Assembly (NCBI GenBank): GCA_964415365.1
Contig: CAYPYW010000004.1
Span: 23,658-87,657 of the forward strand
Source: an uncultured Actinomycetota bacterium
Lineage (GTDB): Bacteria > Actinomycetota > Humimicrobiia > Humimicrobiales > Humimicrobiaceae
DNA length: 64,000 bases
Direction: 5' to 3'
The number at the start of each line of letters is the position of its first letter. Position 1 is the first letter of the stretch. The translations under genes and the position numbers were made by a program. This document shows, one piece after another, positions 10,720-21,448 of this stretch. The notes beneath the pieces are model-generated. The model had not been told where the DNA came from. It worked only from the letters and a program-made list of their open reading frames with translations, and ran no database searches.

Positions 10720-11154
10720 ATGAAGTTATCTAAAAGGATCGTCAGCATATTGATTATCAGTGTATTGGTAATATGTATAGGATCTTTGTCTATTGCATGT
10801 CTTCCGGTGACGACAACTGAAGGAGAAACAGCAGCTGAAGGAACGACAACTGAAGGGGCTGAAGTCCAGGAAACCACTGGTTTTGCTAAAATCTTTTCAA
10901 GCTATGGAACATGGATATGGCTGGCAATTTTGGTGGTAGCATTTTATTTTTTACTTATAAGACCACAAAGGGTGAGATCTAAAAAGGCTCAGGAACTGAT
11001 GTCAAGTTTACAAAGAGGTGACGAAGTAGTAACCATCGGCGGATTTCACGGCAGAATTAAAGACATTAGAGAAGATGTAATTATAATAACCATCGCAAGC
11101 GGTGTTGATGTAAAAGTAAATAAGAGTGCTGTTTCAAGAAAGTCAGCTCAATAA
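10720..11154 (+). CDS. yajC: Preprotein translocase subunit YajC with an N-terminal lipoprotein-like extension
   Basis: FYFLLIRPQ, LQRGDEVVTIGGFHG; lies between tgt and secD. RBS AAGGAG before ATG 10720. Confidence 0.93.
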   Translation: MKLSKRIVSILIISVLVICIGSLSIACLPVTTTEGETAAEGTTTEGAEVQETTGFAKIFSSYGTWIWLAILVVAFYFLLIRPQRVRSKKAQELMSSLQRGDEVVTIGGFHGRIKDIREDVIIITIASGVDVKVNKSAVSRKSAQ

Positions 11155-11159
11155 AAAGT

Positions 11160-12773
11160 ATGAGAAATAAGAAAGTTCATATAACAGTTATTGTATTATT
11201 TGTAGTACTGATTAGTGTAAGTTTTTATTATATATTCACCAACCCTATAGAATTGGGGCTTGACCTGAAGGGCGGAACTCAGATAATTTTAAAGCCCACA
11301 GAGGTAGGAGGAGAAGAAGTAACCCCTGAAAAACTGGAAGCTGCTATTGATATTATAAGGGACAGAGTGGACAGACTTGGTATTTCTGAACCTCTGATTA
11401 CGAAAGATTTATCCAACAATATTGTAGTTCAACTTCCCGGTGTAAAAGAATCCCAGAGAGCGGAAGAGATAATAGGGAAGACTGCTCAGCTTGAATTCAG
11501 GCTAGTTAAGGGGACATTCATCTATATAAAAGACCAGAGCTGGAATCTGGTGAAAATTGATTCTGAAAAAGGGGAATTAATAATAGACCCTGATGCGGAT
11601 GAGATACTGCTTGTTGATGATATAAATGCCTTTATTGAGGGAGATCCTTATGTAATAGTTGGCGAATTGTTGGAAAACACTGAAGGCGAAGGAAAATTGC
11701 TGGTCGAATACACCAGGGAAGATATCTCAGAGGAAGATATTGATTCAGAAGACGAGGCCAGTGCTGTCGTTGATCAAGAAAAGATTATAGGAAAGATAAC
11801 ATATAATTCCGAAACCGGAGAATTGCTTGAAACAGATTATAATGACGGCAGCGAGATCGGGGAAATACTGGTTAACTCTAAAATAGATGCTGCGACATTG
11901 GTTGGGCCTGTCCTTCTAACAGGAGATAAACTGGCAAAGGCAGCGGCCGGGTATGATAGTTATGGAGAGATAATAGTTACTTTAAGTTTTAAAGATGAAG
12001 GAGTGGAGATATTCAAAGAAATCACTACCGAGAACATCGGCAGTAATCTTGCCATAGTGCTGGATGAAGAAATCAAATCAGCTCCTTATATAAGAGTTCC
12101 CATAACGGATGGTAATGCGGAAATTTCCAATATCGGTAGCCTCGAGGAAGCAAAAGATATTGAGATTGTTCTTCAATTTGGAGCATTGCCGGTAAATTTG
12201 GAAATAGAAGAAAATAATGTTGTAGGGCCTACTCTGGGAATGGATTCTTTAAAAGGGGGTCTCTATGCCGGAGTAGCTGGTTTTGCTCTGATTCTGGTAT
12301 TTATGTTTTTTAGTTATAGAGGCCTCGGACTTTATTCTGCTCTGGGTTTAATAATCTATGTTATATTATTCTGGGGTATAATCTCAGCGATAGGTGCAGC
12401 ACTAACGCTACCAGGAATTGCCGGAATCATACTAACCATAGGTATGGCCGTAGATGCTAATGTTATTATTTTCGCAAGAATAAGAGAAGAAGCAGCCAAA
12501 GATAAATCTACAAGAATCGCCATTGGATATGGCTTTAAGAATGCGCTCAGAACTATTGTCGATTCCAACGTAACAACTCTGATTACAGCAGCTGCGTTGT
12601 ATAGATTTGGCACCGGACCTATAAGAGGTTTTGCAGTTACATTAAGCCTGGGAGTAGTAATAAGTATGGTAATCAGCCTTTTGTTTACCAGATCCTTTAT
12701 GTTCCTTATGTCCGGGATATCCAGGATGAACACACCTGCCTTTTTAGGAATGAGGAGAAGGAGCAGTGAGTAA
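11160..12773 (+). CDS. secD: Protein translocase subunit SecD
   Basis: LGLDLKGG, RVDRLGISEP, IGKTAQLEFR, LAIVLD, GALPV, GPTLG, GMAVDANVIIFARIREE, DSNVTT, GPIRGFAVTL. Confidence 0.96.
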   Translation: MRNKKVHITVIVLFVVLISVSFYYIFTNPIELGLDLKGGTQIILKPTEVGGEEVTPEKLEAAIDIIRDRVDRLGISEPLITKDLSNNIVVQLPGVKESQRAEEIIGKTAQLEFRLVKGTFIYIKDQSWNLVKIDSEKGELIIDPDADEILLVDDINAFIEGDPYVIVGELLENTEGEGKLLVEYTREDISEEDIDSEDEASAVVDQEKIIGKITYNSETGELLETDYNDGSEIGEILVNSKIDAATLVGPVLLTGDKLAKAAAGYDSYGEIIVTLSFKDEGVEIFKEITTENIGSNLAIVLDEEIKSAPYIRVPITDGNAEISNIGSLEEAKDIEIVLQFGALPVNLEIEENNVVGPTLGMDSLKGGLYAGVAGFALILVFMFFSYRGLGLYSALGLIIYVILFWGIISAIGAALTLPGIAGIILTIGMAVDANVIIFARIREEAAKDKSTRIAIGYGFKNALRTIVDSNVTTLITAAALYRFGTGPIRGFAVTLSLGVVISMVISLLFTRSFMFLMSGISRMNTPAFLGMRRRSSE

Positions 12774-12776
12774 CAT

Positions 12777-13682
12777 TTGAAGCTTAAGAATTTTTATTTT
12801 GATTTCATAGGTAAGAGAAAAATATGGTTTATTATTTCTCTGGCTGTAATACTTGCAGGTGTTGCAGGTTTCCTGATCAGGGGAGCAAGTTTCAATTTAG
12901 GTATCGACTTTTTGGGAGGATCACTTATAGAGGTGAAGTTTACAAAGGAAGTAAATACTTCAGAAGTACGTAGTGTGATAAGTGACATGGGACTTGGGAA
13001 TGCAATAATTCAACAGACAGAATTACTCCAGCAAACCAAATCAAACAGATTTATAATAAGGACTACTCCCATAGATACAGATACCAAAAATGAGATGCTT
13101 GAATTGCTGGACGAAAAAATAGGTTTAGATGGTTCGCCTCTCCAGGATAGAAAGGTAGATCCGGGGTTCAGCAAACAAATAACCAAATATGCCCTGATAG
13201 CCGTGGGCATAAGCATTATTGGAATTTTAATCTATGTTTGGATAAGATTTGAATTCAGATTAGGAGTTTCGGCAATTCTTGCTCTGATTCACGACGTCCT
13301 GATAACTATCGGGATATATGCTATTTTGAACCGTGAAATAAATACGTCCACTGTCGCTGCTATACTTACTATAATAGGGTATTCCATAAATGACACCATT
13401 GTTGTTTTTGATAGAATAAGGGAAAATACTCCTATGGCAGGGAAGATAGGCTATGCTAAAGCAGTAAATGATTCTGTAAATATCACTTTATCCAGATCCC
13501 TAAATACTTCTGCAACCACATTAATTCCAGTAGTTCTACTTCTTATACTGGGAACCGCTGCATTACAAGATTTCGCCTTGGCCCTTATGGTGGGTATAAT
13601 AGCCGGAACATATTCCTCTATATTTATTGCAAGTCCCGTTTTGGTGGTATGGAATAACAGATTTCCAAGATATAAGAAATAA
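12777..13682 (+). CDS. secF: Protein translocase subunit SecF
   Basis: GIDFLGG, HDVLIT, GYSINDTIVVFDRIREN, RSLNTS, GTYSSIFIASP. Confidence 0.96.
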   Translation: MKLKNFYFDFIGKRKIWFIISLAVILAGVAGFLIRGASFNLGIDFLGGSLIEVKFTKEVNTSEVRSVISDMGLGNAIIQQTELLQQTKSNRFIIRTTPIDTDTKNEMLELLDEKIGLDGSPLQDRKVDPGFSKQITKYALIAVGISIIGILIYVWIRFEFRLGVSAILALIHDVLITIGIYAILNREINTSTVAAILTIIGYSINDTIVVFDRIRENTPMAGKIGYAKAVNDSVNITLSRSLNTSATTLIPVVLLLILGTAALQDFALALMVGIIAGTYSSIFIASPVLVVWNNRFPRYKK

Positions 13683-13684
13683 AA

Positions 13685-15415
13685 ATGACAAATTTTCCTG
13701 CTAACTGGCTGTATAGAGATATTAAAAAGGAAAACACAAAGTTATCAGACAAATTAAATTATAGTCAATTCTTGTTAAATATTCTTGCCGGAAGAAACTT
13801 AACCTCGGAAGAAGAAATAATATCTTTTCTTAACCCAACCCTTAAAGATTTACGTGACTGCATGATGCTTCCAGGTATCGAACAGGGTATTAAGAGAGTA
13901 AAGGAAGCAATTCGAAAGAAAGAGAATATTTTAGTTTTCGGAGATTATGATGCAGATGGAATCATAAGCGCTTCACTTATATACAAATTCTTAAAGAAAT
14001 TGAAATTAAACGTGGAGGCCTATATCCCAGACAGGTTTAGCGAAGGGTATGGTTTAAATCTTGATTTTTTTAAAAAAATCTCTTCAGAAGGCAAATATAA
14101 TTTAATAATATGTGTGGATTGCGGCACGAATAGTGTGGAAGTTCAGAAATTTATTCAAGATAATCCAGGGCCCGATGTAATAGTCTGTGACCATCATAAT
14201 CGCTCGATTGATTTTGATATAAAGCAGGAAAATTACATAATAATTAACCCCAAGCTTAGAGGTTCCGGTTATCCTTTTAAACACTTAAGTGGTGCAGGTG
14301 TCACTTTTAAATTTATTATAGGTGTCTTAAGGAAACTAGGAAGTAATTACAAGAAAAAATTTAACAAGGATTATCTGACCACCCTTCTGGATCTGGTTGC
14401 AATATCAACCATTGCGGATGTGATGCCTCTTGTTGACGAAAACAGGATAATGGTTAAAAAGGGACTTAGAATGCTTAAGAAAACTATAAATCCTGGCCTT
14501 GAAAAGATGATAGGTACAGTAGTAAAAGATAAAAAAAATATAAATGAGTATGACATAGGGTTTATTATAGCCCCCAGGCTGAATGCAGCCGGCAGAATTA
14601 AAAATGCAGAAAGCAGTTTTAATTTATTGACCGGCGAGGGAGATATTTTAGATGAAATAGTAAATGACCTTAACTCGTTTAATGAGGAAAGACAGAGTAT
14701 TCAAAAGGATATATTGAATGAAATAATCGAAAGTTATGATTTTGATAAGATAATAGCGGAAAAGAGGATATTTATAGATAAATCAAAAAACTGGAATGAG
14801 GGAGTGCTCGGGATAGTAGCTTCTGATATTGTAAAAAAATTCAATATTCCTGCCATTTTATTTAAAGAATCGGAAGGTAAACTCAAAGGTTCGGGAAGAA
14901 GTACTGATAAATTCGATTTGTATGGAAATCTGATTTCCTGCAGCAATCTATTTGATAATTTTGGAGGACACAGAGCAGCCTGTGGTATAAGTATGGACGT
15001 TTCAAACTTCGAAACCTTTTATAAGAGTATGGTAGAAATTGCTTATAAAAATATTAAGGCTGGCGATATCGAAAAAAAGTTTATTTATGACCTGGAATTA
15101 GATTTCAGTGCTATAAATGAGAAAATTCTAAAAGAAATTGATCTACTTAAACCTTTTGGAGCCGGAAATCCTGTACCGAGTTTTGTGACCGGAAACTGCG
15201 AAATAGTAGGTTTTAGTTATTTGATGGAGGGGAGGCATGTGAAACTTAAGCTCAGGCAGGCTGGAGCTATAATTGACGCTATAATGTTTAAGATAGACAA
15301 AAAAGTCAGAGAGAAAACAAAAATCGGGAGTAAGATCAATATATTATACAAAATTGAAGAGAATATCTGGGGTGATTTTAAAACGGTACAGCTGGTGATA
15401 ATAGACTTATTTTAG
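13685..15415 (+). CDS. recJ: Single-stranded DNA exonuclease RecJ
   Basis: DHH family motifs GDYDADG, PDRFSEGYG, VDCGT, DHH, INPK, STIAD, PRLNAAGR, GSGRS, GGHRAACG, PFGAGNP. Confidence 0.95.
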   Translation: MTNFPANWLYRDIKKENTKLSDKLNYSQFLLNILAGRNLTSEEEIISFLNPTLKDLRDCMMLPGIEQGIKRVKEAIRKKENILVFGDYDADGIISASLIYKFLKKLKLNVEAYIPDRFSEGYGLNLDFFKKISSEGKYNLIICVDCGTNSVEVQKFIQDNPGPDVIVCDHHNRSIDFDIKQENYIIINPKLRGSGYPFKHLSGAGVTFKFIIGVLRKLGSNYKKKFNKDYLTTLLDLVAISTIADVMPLVDENRIMVKKGLRMLKKTINPGLEKMIGTVVKDKKNINEYDIGFIIAPRLNAAGRIKNAESSFNLLTGEGDILDEIVNDLNSFNEERQSIQKDILNEIIESYDFDKIIAEKRIFIDKSKNWNEGVLGIVASDIVKKFNIPAILFKESEGKLKGSGRSTDKFDLYGNLISCSNLFDNFGGHRAACGISMDVSNFETFYKSMVEIAYKNIKAGDIEKKFIYDLELDFSAINEKILKEIDLLKPFGAGNPVPSFVTGNCEIVGFSYLMEGRHVKLKLRQAGAIIDAIMFKIDKKVREKTKIGSKINILYKIEENIWGDFKTVQLVIIDLF

Positions 15416-15471
15416 ATAAGCTGAAAATGTTCTATAATAATATTGACTTTTTTATTAAAGAATAAAGAGAA

Positions 15472-17682
15472 ATGAACTTAGATCTGAACAGTAAAACCAA
15501 AAATATAAATACAGATCTTATATACAAGAAATTAATAAAAAAAATAAAAGCTTACAATCCGGACATAGACGAGCAGCTGATTTATAAAGCTTACCTTACT
15601 TCAAAAAAATATCATCAAAATCAGTACAGAAAATCAGGGGAACCTTTTGTAATTCACCCCCTGGAAGTAGCCGGGATTCTAGCAGACCTTGAACTGGATC
15701 AGGTATCTATTATATCAGCCATTTTGCATGATGTAATAGAAGATACAGATTATAGTCTGGAAATGGCTAAAAAAGAATTCGGGCAAAAGACTGCCAATAT
15801 TATAAATGGGGTTACGAAATTAGATAAGATAGTTTTTAGCAGTAAAGAAGAACAGCAAGTAAATAATATAAGGAAAATGATAATCGCAATGTCTGAAGAT
15901 GTGAGAATAATACTGGTAAAGCTTGCAGACAGGCTCCATAATATGCGGACTTTATTTCCACTGGATGAAGAAAAGAGACGTATGAATTCGATAGAAACCC
16001 TGGAAGTTTATACGCCTATTGCCCATAGACTGGGAATATACCACATAAAATCGGAATTGGAAGATTTGAGTTTTAAATATCTTTACCCCAGGGAGTACAC
16101 CAAAATAAAGAATATGATCGATGAAAAACTGGAAGAGAGGAAGTCGCTAATTGATGAGGCAATAAAAATAATGAGTAAAAAGTTAAAGGAAGTGAAAATC
16201 CCTGCGGATATAAGTGGGAGAATTAAAACTTATTATAGTGTCTATAATAAAATTACGAAGCAGAACAGAAAATTCGAAGACATTTATGACATAATTGCAG
16301 TTAGAATTATAGTAAATGATGTAAAAAGTTGCTATGCTGCCCTGGGAATAATACATTCTTTATGGAAACCTGTGCCTGGAAGGTTTAGGGATTTCATAGC
16401 CAATCCTAAATTCAATATGTATCAATCTCTCCATACCACGGTTATTGGGGTAAAGGGTAAACCCGTTGAAATACAGATAAGAACGTATGAAATGCATAAA
16501 TTTGCAGAGTATGGTATTGCAGCACACTATAAATATAAAGAGGGTGGATTTAAAAAGCTCAGTGAATTTGATAAAAGAGTTGCCTGGATACGACAGATAT
16601 TGGACTGGCAGAAGGAGTTGAGCGATCCCCAGGATTATATGGAGTCGTTAAAGCTGGATTTATTTGAGGAAGAGGTATTTGTGTTTACTCCAAAAGGTAA
16701 GGTAGTAAATCTGCCCCGTGGAGCCACTACTATTGATTTTGCCTATCAGATACATACTGATGTGGGAAACAATATAATAGGTTCAAAGATAAATGGGAAC
16801 ATGGTCCCCATAGAAACTATTCTGGAGAATGGCGATATTGTAGAAATAATAGTATCCAAAACCAATAAGGGACCCAGCAGAGACTGGCTTAATATAGTCA
16901 AAACTTCAAGAGCACGTAATAAGATAAAACAGTGGTTCAGCAAAGAGCAGAGACAGGAAACATATAATACAGGTAGAGACATAATGTTAAAAGTCTTAAG
17001 AAAAAACGGTCTTTCTTTTAAAAGTGTACCAGCGGAAATATTTGATGAAGTTACCAGAGATATGAATCTTGGGAAGACAGATGCCCTTTTCAGGAATATA
17101 GGTTCTCATAAACTATCTGCACATCAGGTTTTTACTAAAATAGTTAAAAAATTAAGTCAAAAAGAACCCAAGAAAGAGTTAACCATAGAAGATATACACA
17201 GAAAAGAAGTTGAGAAGAAAGAAAGAAGTGGTATTAAAGTAAAAGGTATGGAAGAGGTACTAGTGACTATTGCTAAATGCTGTAATCCGGTGCCGGGAGA
17301 TAGTATTATAGGTTATATCACCAGAGGCAAGGGAATTTCAGTTCACAGGATTGATTGCAACAATATTGCCACTTCTATGAGTTCCGAAAAGGAGAGGTTT
17401 ATTGAGGTTTGCTGGGATAAAAAGGCTCCTTATAAATTCAATGCCGAAATACAAATAGAGGCTCTTGATAGAACCAAACTTCTAAGAGATATTACCAATG
17501 CAATAGGTGAATATGATCTGAATATAGTCAGAGCCAATTCTTTAAGAATGGATAAGGCCGGTCATATTAAATTAAAGTTCTTGATAGAAATTAGTAATAA
17601 ATATATCCTTAAGGATGTTATTAACAATATTAAACAAATAGACTCAGTCTACGATGTTTTCAGAATATTGCCCAGAAAGTAA
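15472..17682 (+). CDS. rel: Bifunctional (p)ppGpp synthetase/hydrolase Rel (RelA/SpoT family)
   Basis: LHDVIED hydrolase motif, KLADRLHNMRT, YQSLHTTV, EIQIRT, TGS (FTPKG...DFAYQIHT), CCNP..GD zinc finger, ACT domain. Confidence 0.96.
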   Translation: MNLDLNSKTKNINTDLIYKKLIKKIKAYNPDIDEQLIYKAYLTSKKYHQNQYRKSGEPFVIHPLEVAGILADLELDQVSIISAILHDVIEDTDYSLEMAKKEFGQKTANIINGVTKLDKIVFSSKEEQQVNNIRKMIIAMSEDVRIILVKLADRLHNMRTLFPLDEEKRRMNSIETLEVYTPIAHRLGIYHIKSELEDLSFKYLYPREYTKIKNMIDEKLEERKSLIDEAIKIMSKKLKEVKIPADISGRIKTYYSVYNKITKQNRKFEDIYDIIAVRIIVNDVKSCYAALGIIHSLWKPVPGRFRDFIANPKFNMYQSLHTTVIGVKGKPVEIQIRTYEMHKFAEYGIAAHYKYKEGGFKKLSEFDKRVAWIRQILDWQKELSDPQDYMESLKLDLFEEEVFVFTPKGKVVNLPRGATTIDFAYQIHTDVGNNIIGSKINGNMVPIETILENGDIVEIIVSKTNKGPSRDWLNIVKTSRARNKIKQWFSKEQRQETYNTGRDIMLKVLRKNGLSFKSVPAEIFDEVTRDMNLGKTDALFRNIGSHKLSAHQVFTKIVKKLSQKEPKKELTIEDIHRKEVEKKERSGIKVKGMEEVLVTIAKCCNPVPGDSIIGYITRGKGISVHRIDCNNIATSMSSEKERFIEVCWDKKAPYKFNAEIQIEALDRTKLLRDITNAIGEYDLNIVRANSLRMDKAGHIKLKFLIEISNKYILKDVINNIKQIDSVYDVFRILPRK

Positions 17683-17690
17683 AATCTGTA

Positions 17691-18350
17691 TTGAAATTAA
17701 AAAGATTAGAATTAGGATTTTATAAAGTTAATTGTTATATATTGTCTCTGGAGAGGGCAAATGTAATTGTAGACCCTGGTGCAGACTTTGATACTATTCA
17801 AAAGAATATTGAAGAAGATAATACAAGACCAGACTTTATATTAAATACACACGGGCACTACGATCATATAGGTTCAGTCGAGGATTTGATATCGTATTAC
17901 AAAATTCCATTTTATATTCATGAACTGGAAGAGCCGATTATTACCGATCCGGAAAAGAATTGTTCTTCATTTTTTGGAGAAAATGAATTATCATTAAAAA
18001 CTTATAATTTAATAAATAGTACCGATTATAAATATTTTGCTGACATGGGTATTGAAATCATCAACGTTCCGGGACATACTCCGGGGAGTATAATGTTTAA
18101 AGTAGGTGATTTTCTTTTTACCGGTGATTTGCTTTTTAAGGGTGCAATAGGGCGTACCGATTTGCCAGGAGGGAATATCGGGCAAATAAAAAAATCACTG
18201 ATTAAGGTAAAAAAAATGGAAAGTAGGTTAATGATATACCCCGGTCACGGGCAAATCAGTAGTCTTGGATACGAGCTGGAATCAAATTATTATCTCAGAG
18301 ATCATTTTTTAAATGAAGAGAGCAATGGAGAAGAAGGTGATTTATTTTGA
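17691..18350 (+). CDS. Metallo-beta-lactamase fold hydrolase (glyoxalase II-like)
   Basis: THGHYDHIG, PGHTPG, FTGDLLF, YPGHG; sits in the usual position between rel and hisS. Confidence 0.9.
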   Translation: MKLKRLELGFYKVNCYILSLERANVIVDPGADFDTIQKNIEEDNTRPDFILNTHGHYDHIGSVEDLISYYKIPFYIHELEEPIITDPEKNCSSFFGENELSLKTYNLINSTDYKYFADMGIEIINVPGHTPGSIMFKVGDFLFTGDLLFKGAIGRTDLPGGNIGQIKKSLIKVKKMESRLMIYPGHGQISSLGYELESNYYLRDHFLNEESNGEEGDLF

Positions 18351-19630
18351 AATTAAGTTCTCCCAGAGGTACAACTGATATCTACGGTGAAGATATAGAT
18401 TACAGAAACTATATTATAAATACTGCCCGAGAGATATTTAAAATCTTTAATTACAGAGAGATAATAACTCCAGCGTTTGAATATACTCAGGTTTTCAGCA
18501 GGAGTATTGGAGAAAGCACTGAAATCGTTAAGAAAGAAATGTATACCTTCCCGGATAAAAAGGGAAGATCGCTGACACTGCGGCCTGAAGGTACCGCATC
18601 AATAGCGAGAGCAGTCGTCGAGAACAAAATGTATTCAGAAAATATGCCCTTAAAGTTATTTTATATCGGAAATATGTTCAGATACGAAAGGCCTCAAAAG
18701 GGAAGGATGAGAGAATTCTGGCAACTGGGAATAGAAGCTATTGGTACTAATAATCCTGTTATAGATGCTGAAGTTATCTGGATTTTAAATTCATTTTTTG
18801 AAAAATTAGGTTTTAAAAAATTAGTACTTCTGATAAACAGTATTGGCTGCAGTGTATGTAGGGAGAAATTTCTGACGGAATTTAAAAAATATCTGAAACC
18901 TGAAGTAGAAAAATTATGTAGTGATTGCAAAAACAGGTTTGAAAAGAACCCTTTAAGGATATTTGACTGCAAAAAGAGTAGCTGCCACAGCATTATAGCC
19001 GGGTCACCGGGGGTATTTTCCTATCTGTGCCCTGAATGCAGGAAAAACTTTGAAGAAATTTTAAAATATCTGAAAATTCTTAAAATAAAGTACAGGGTTA
19101 ATAAAAACCTGGTAAGAGGTTTTGATTATTATACCAGGACTATATTTGAGATAATATCCGAGGACCTCGATAGTGCACAAAATGCCCTGGGCGGCGGAGG
19201 AAGGTATGATAATTTAATAGACCAGTTGGGAGGTCAGGATATCCCTGCTACAGGGTTTGCGGTGGGGATTGACAGGACAATAATGCTTATGAAACAACTA
19301 AATTTGAAGTTTAAAAAGACCGAAACTAAATCAAAAGTTTATTTAATAGCAATGGACAAAAATTGCTTGGCTTATTCCCTGGATATTCTAAAATATCTTA
19401 GAGGGAAAGGTGTGGTTTGTGATATTAATTTTAACAATAAGAGCCTGAAAAAAGAAATTAAGTGGGCTAAAGAAAATAGTTATAATTTTATTATTATAAT
19501 TGGTGAAGATGAAATTAAAACTGAAAATCTGACTATAAAGGATGTTAAAGAATTCAAGCAATGTAAAGTTGACTGGAAAAACAAAAGGGAAGAAATTATG
19601 GAAATTATAGGAGTGGAAAGTTATGATTAA
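18347..19630 (+). CDS. hisS: Histidine--tRNA ligase
   Basis: PRGT.D, LRPEGTA, FRYERPQKGR.REFWQ, LVRGFDYY, GGGRYD. Confidence 0.97.
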   Translation: MKLSSPRGTTDIYGEDIDYRNYIINTAREIFKIFNYREIITPAFEYTQVFSRSIGESTEIVKKEMYTFPDKKGRSLTLRPEGTASIARAVVENKMYSENMPLKLFYIGNMFRYERPQKGRMREFWQLGIEAIGTNNPVIDAEVIWILNSFFEKLGFKKLVLLINSIGCSVCREKFLTEFKKYLKPEVEKLCSDCKNRFEKNPLRIFDCKKSSCHSIIAGSPGVFSYLCPECRKNFEEILKYLKILKIKYRVNKNLVRGFDYYTRTIFEIISEDLDSAQNALGGGGRYDNLIDQLGGQDIPATGFAVGIDRTIMLMKQLNLKFKKTETKSKVYLIAMDKNCLAYSLDILKYLRGKGVVCDINFNNKSLKKEIKWAKENSYNFIIIIGEDEIKTENLTIKDVKEFKQCKVDWKNKREEIMEIIGVESYD

Positions 19631-21416
19631 TCCTGTTTTTAAGACCGGAATGAGAACTAACTTATGTGGAGAGATAAATAAGGAATTTGAGAGTAAAGAA
19701 GTCATTTTGAGTGGCTGGGTTAATAAAAGAAGAGACCACGGCAAGTTGATTTTTATTGACCTGAGGGATTTTTCCGGAGTTGTCCAGCTGGTTTTTAATC
19801 TCAATGTAAACAAGAACTCTTATACCATAGCCAAGGACATACGGAGTGAATATGTAATTAAAATCAAAGGCAAAGTCAGAATGAGGTCAAAGGATACTAT
19901 TAATTCTTCAATTCCGACCGGTGAGATAGAAATAGTAGTAAAAGATATTACAGTACTTGGCAAATCAAAAACGCCTCCTTTTATGCTTGAAGATAGAGAT
20001 AAAGTTGAAGAGAACACAAGATTAAAATACAGATATATCGATTTAAGAACCGGAGAGATGCAGAGAAACCTTAGATTAAGGCATAATATAACAACTGCAA
20101 CCAGAAAATATTTCAACTCTAAAGGTTTTTTAGAAATAGAGACTCCTATAATGGCAAAAAGTACTCCAGAAGGAGCAAGGGATTTTCTGGTACCTTCAAG
20201 GATGAACTCTGGTAAGTTTTATGCCCTTCCACAATCACCACAGCTTTTCAAACAGATTTTGATGTTTTCCGGGTTCGACAGGTGCTACCAGATTGCAAGA
20301 TGTTTTAGAGACGAAGATTTAAGAGCAAATAGGCAACCGGAATTTACCCAGATAGATCTGGAAATGACTTTTGTAGAAATGGAAGATGTGATGGAGATAA
20401 TAGAGGGTTTGTTTTTTTACATTTTTAATGAAGTACTTGGTAAAAAGGTAGAGATGCCCTTTAAGAGAATCAAATGGAAAGAAAGTATGGAAACCTATGG
20501 TACAGATAAACCTGATTTGAGATTTAATTTAATTATAAAGGATATATCCGATATATTTAAAAATAGCGAGATTAAAATTTTTAAGGATATATTAAAAAAC
20601 AATGGCTGTATAAAAAGTATAGTAATAGATGACTGGTCCAGTTTCGCCAGGAGGGAATTGGATGAACTGGTAGAGATGTCAAAGGAATGCGGTGCCAGGG
20701 GACTGATATGGATAAAAGTTGATGAAGACATGGATCTTAAGTCTCCAATCTCAAAACTTTTATCCCAGGATGAGAAAGAAGGTTTAATTAAGGCTCTGGG
20801 CTTGAAAAAAAAGAATCTGCTTCTAATTGTTGCTGACCAATTCATGACTACGTGCCAAACGCTGGGCACTATCAGAAAACATCTTGCCGGTAAATTAAAA
20901 ATGATAAAAGAAAATGAATTTAATTTTGTATGGATATACGATTTTCCATTGTTTGAATGGGATGAGAATGAGAAAAGAATAACGTCAGTACATCACCCAT
21001 TTACAAAACCAGATGAAAATACAATGAGTTACCTTGATACCGAACCTTTAAATGTTAAATCCCAGGCTTATGATATAGTGTTGAATGGTGAAGAATTAGG
21101 CGGAGGTTCTATAAGGATTAATGATGTAAATTTACAAAAAAAGATATTTAAAATACTTAATTTTGACGAAAAAAGGATCAGGGAAAATTTTGGTTTCTTT
21201 ACAAGGGCAATGGAATACGGCATCCCGCCTCATGGTGGTATAGCTCTGGGGATGGATAGACTAATTATGCTTTTAGGAGGGCTTGAAAACATAAGAGATG
21301 TAATAGCTTTTCCAAAGACGCAATCTGCAGTGTGCTTGCTTACCGGTTCACCTTCAGGTGTAACAGATGAACAATTGAAAGAAGTATTCATTGAGGTGAT
21401 AGAGGAAGATAGATAG
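19623..21416 (+). CDS. aspS: Aspartate--tRNA ligase
   Basis: RRDHGKLIFIDLRD, RLKYRYIDLR, PEGARDF, YALPQSPQLFKQ, FRDEDLRANRQPEFTQID, PPHGGIALG.DR, VIAFPKT. Confidence 0.97.
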   Translation: MINPVFKTGMRTNLCGEINKEFESKEVILSGWVNKRRDHGKLIFIDLRDFSGVVQLVFNLNVNKNSYTIAKDIRSEYVIKIKGKVRMRSKDTINSSIPTGEIEIVVKDITVLGKSKTPPFMLEDRDKVEENTRLKYRYIDLRTGEMQRNLRLRHNITTATRKYFNSKGFLEIETPIMAKSTPEGARDFLVPSRMNSGKFYALPQSPQLFKQILMFSGFDRCYQIARCFRDEDLRANRQPEFTQIDLEMTFVEMEDVMEIIEGLFFYIFNEVLGKKVEMPFKRIKWKESMETYGTDKPDLRFNLIIKDISDIFKNSEIKIFKDILKNNGCIKSIVIDDWSSFARRELDELVEMSKECGARGLIWIKVDEDMDLKSPISKLLSQDEKEGLIKALGLKKKNLLLIVADQFMTTCQTLGTIRKHLAGKLKMIKENEFNFVWIYDFPLFEWDENEKRITSVHHPFTKPDENTMSYLDTEPLNVKSQAYDIVLNGEELGGGSIRINDVNLQKKIFKILNFDEKRIRENFGFFTRAMEYGIPPHGGIALGMDRLIMLLGGLENIRDVIAFPKTQSAVCLLTGSPSGVTDEQLKEVFIEVIEEDR

Positions 21417-21448
21417 TTCTGTATGATTACCTGGCAAAATCCCGGTTT

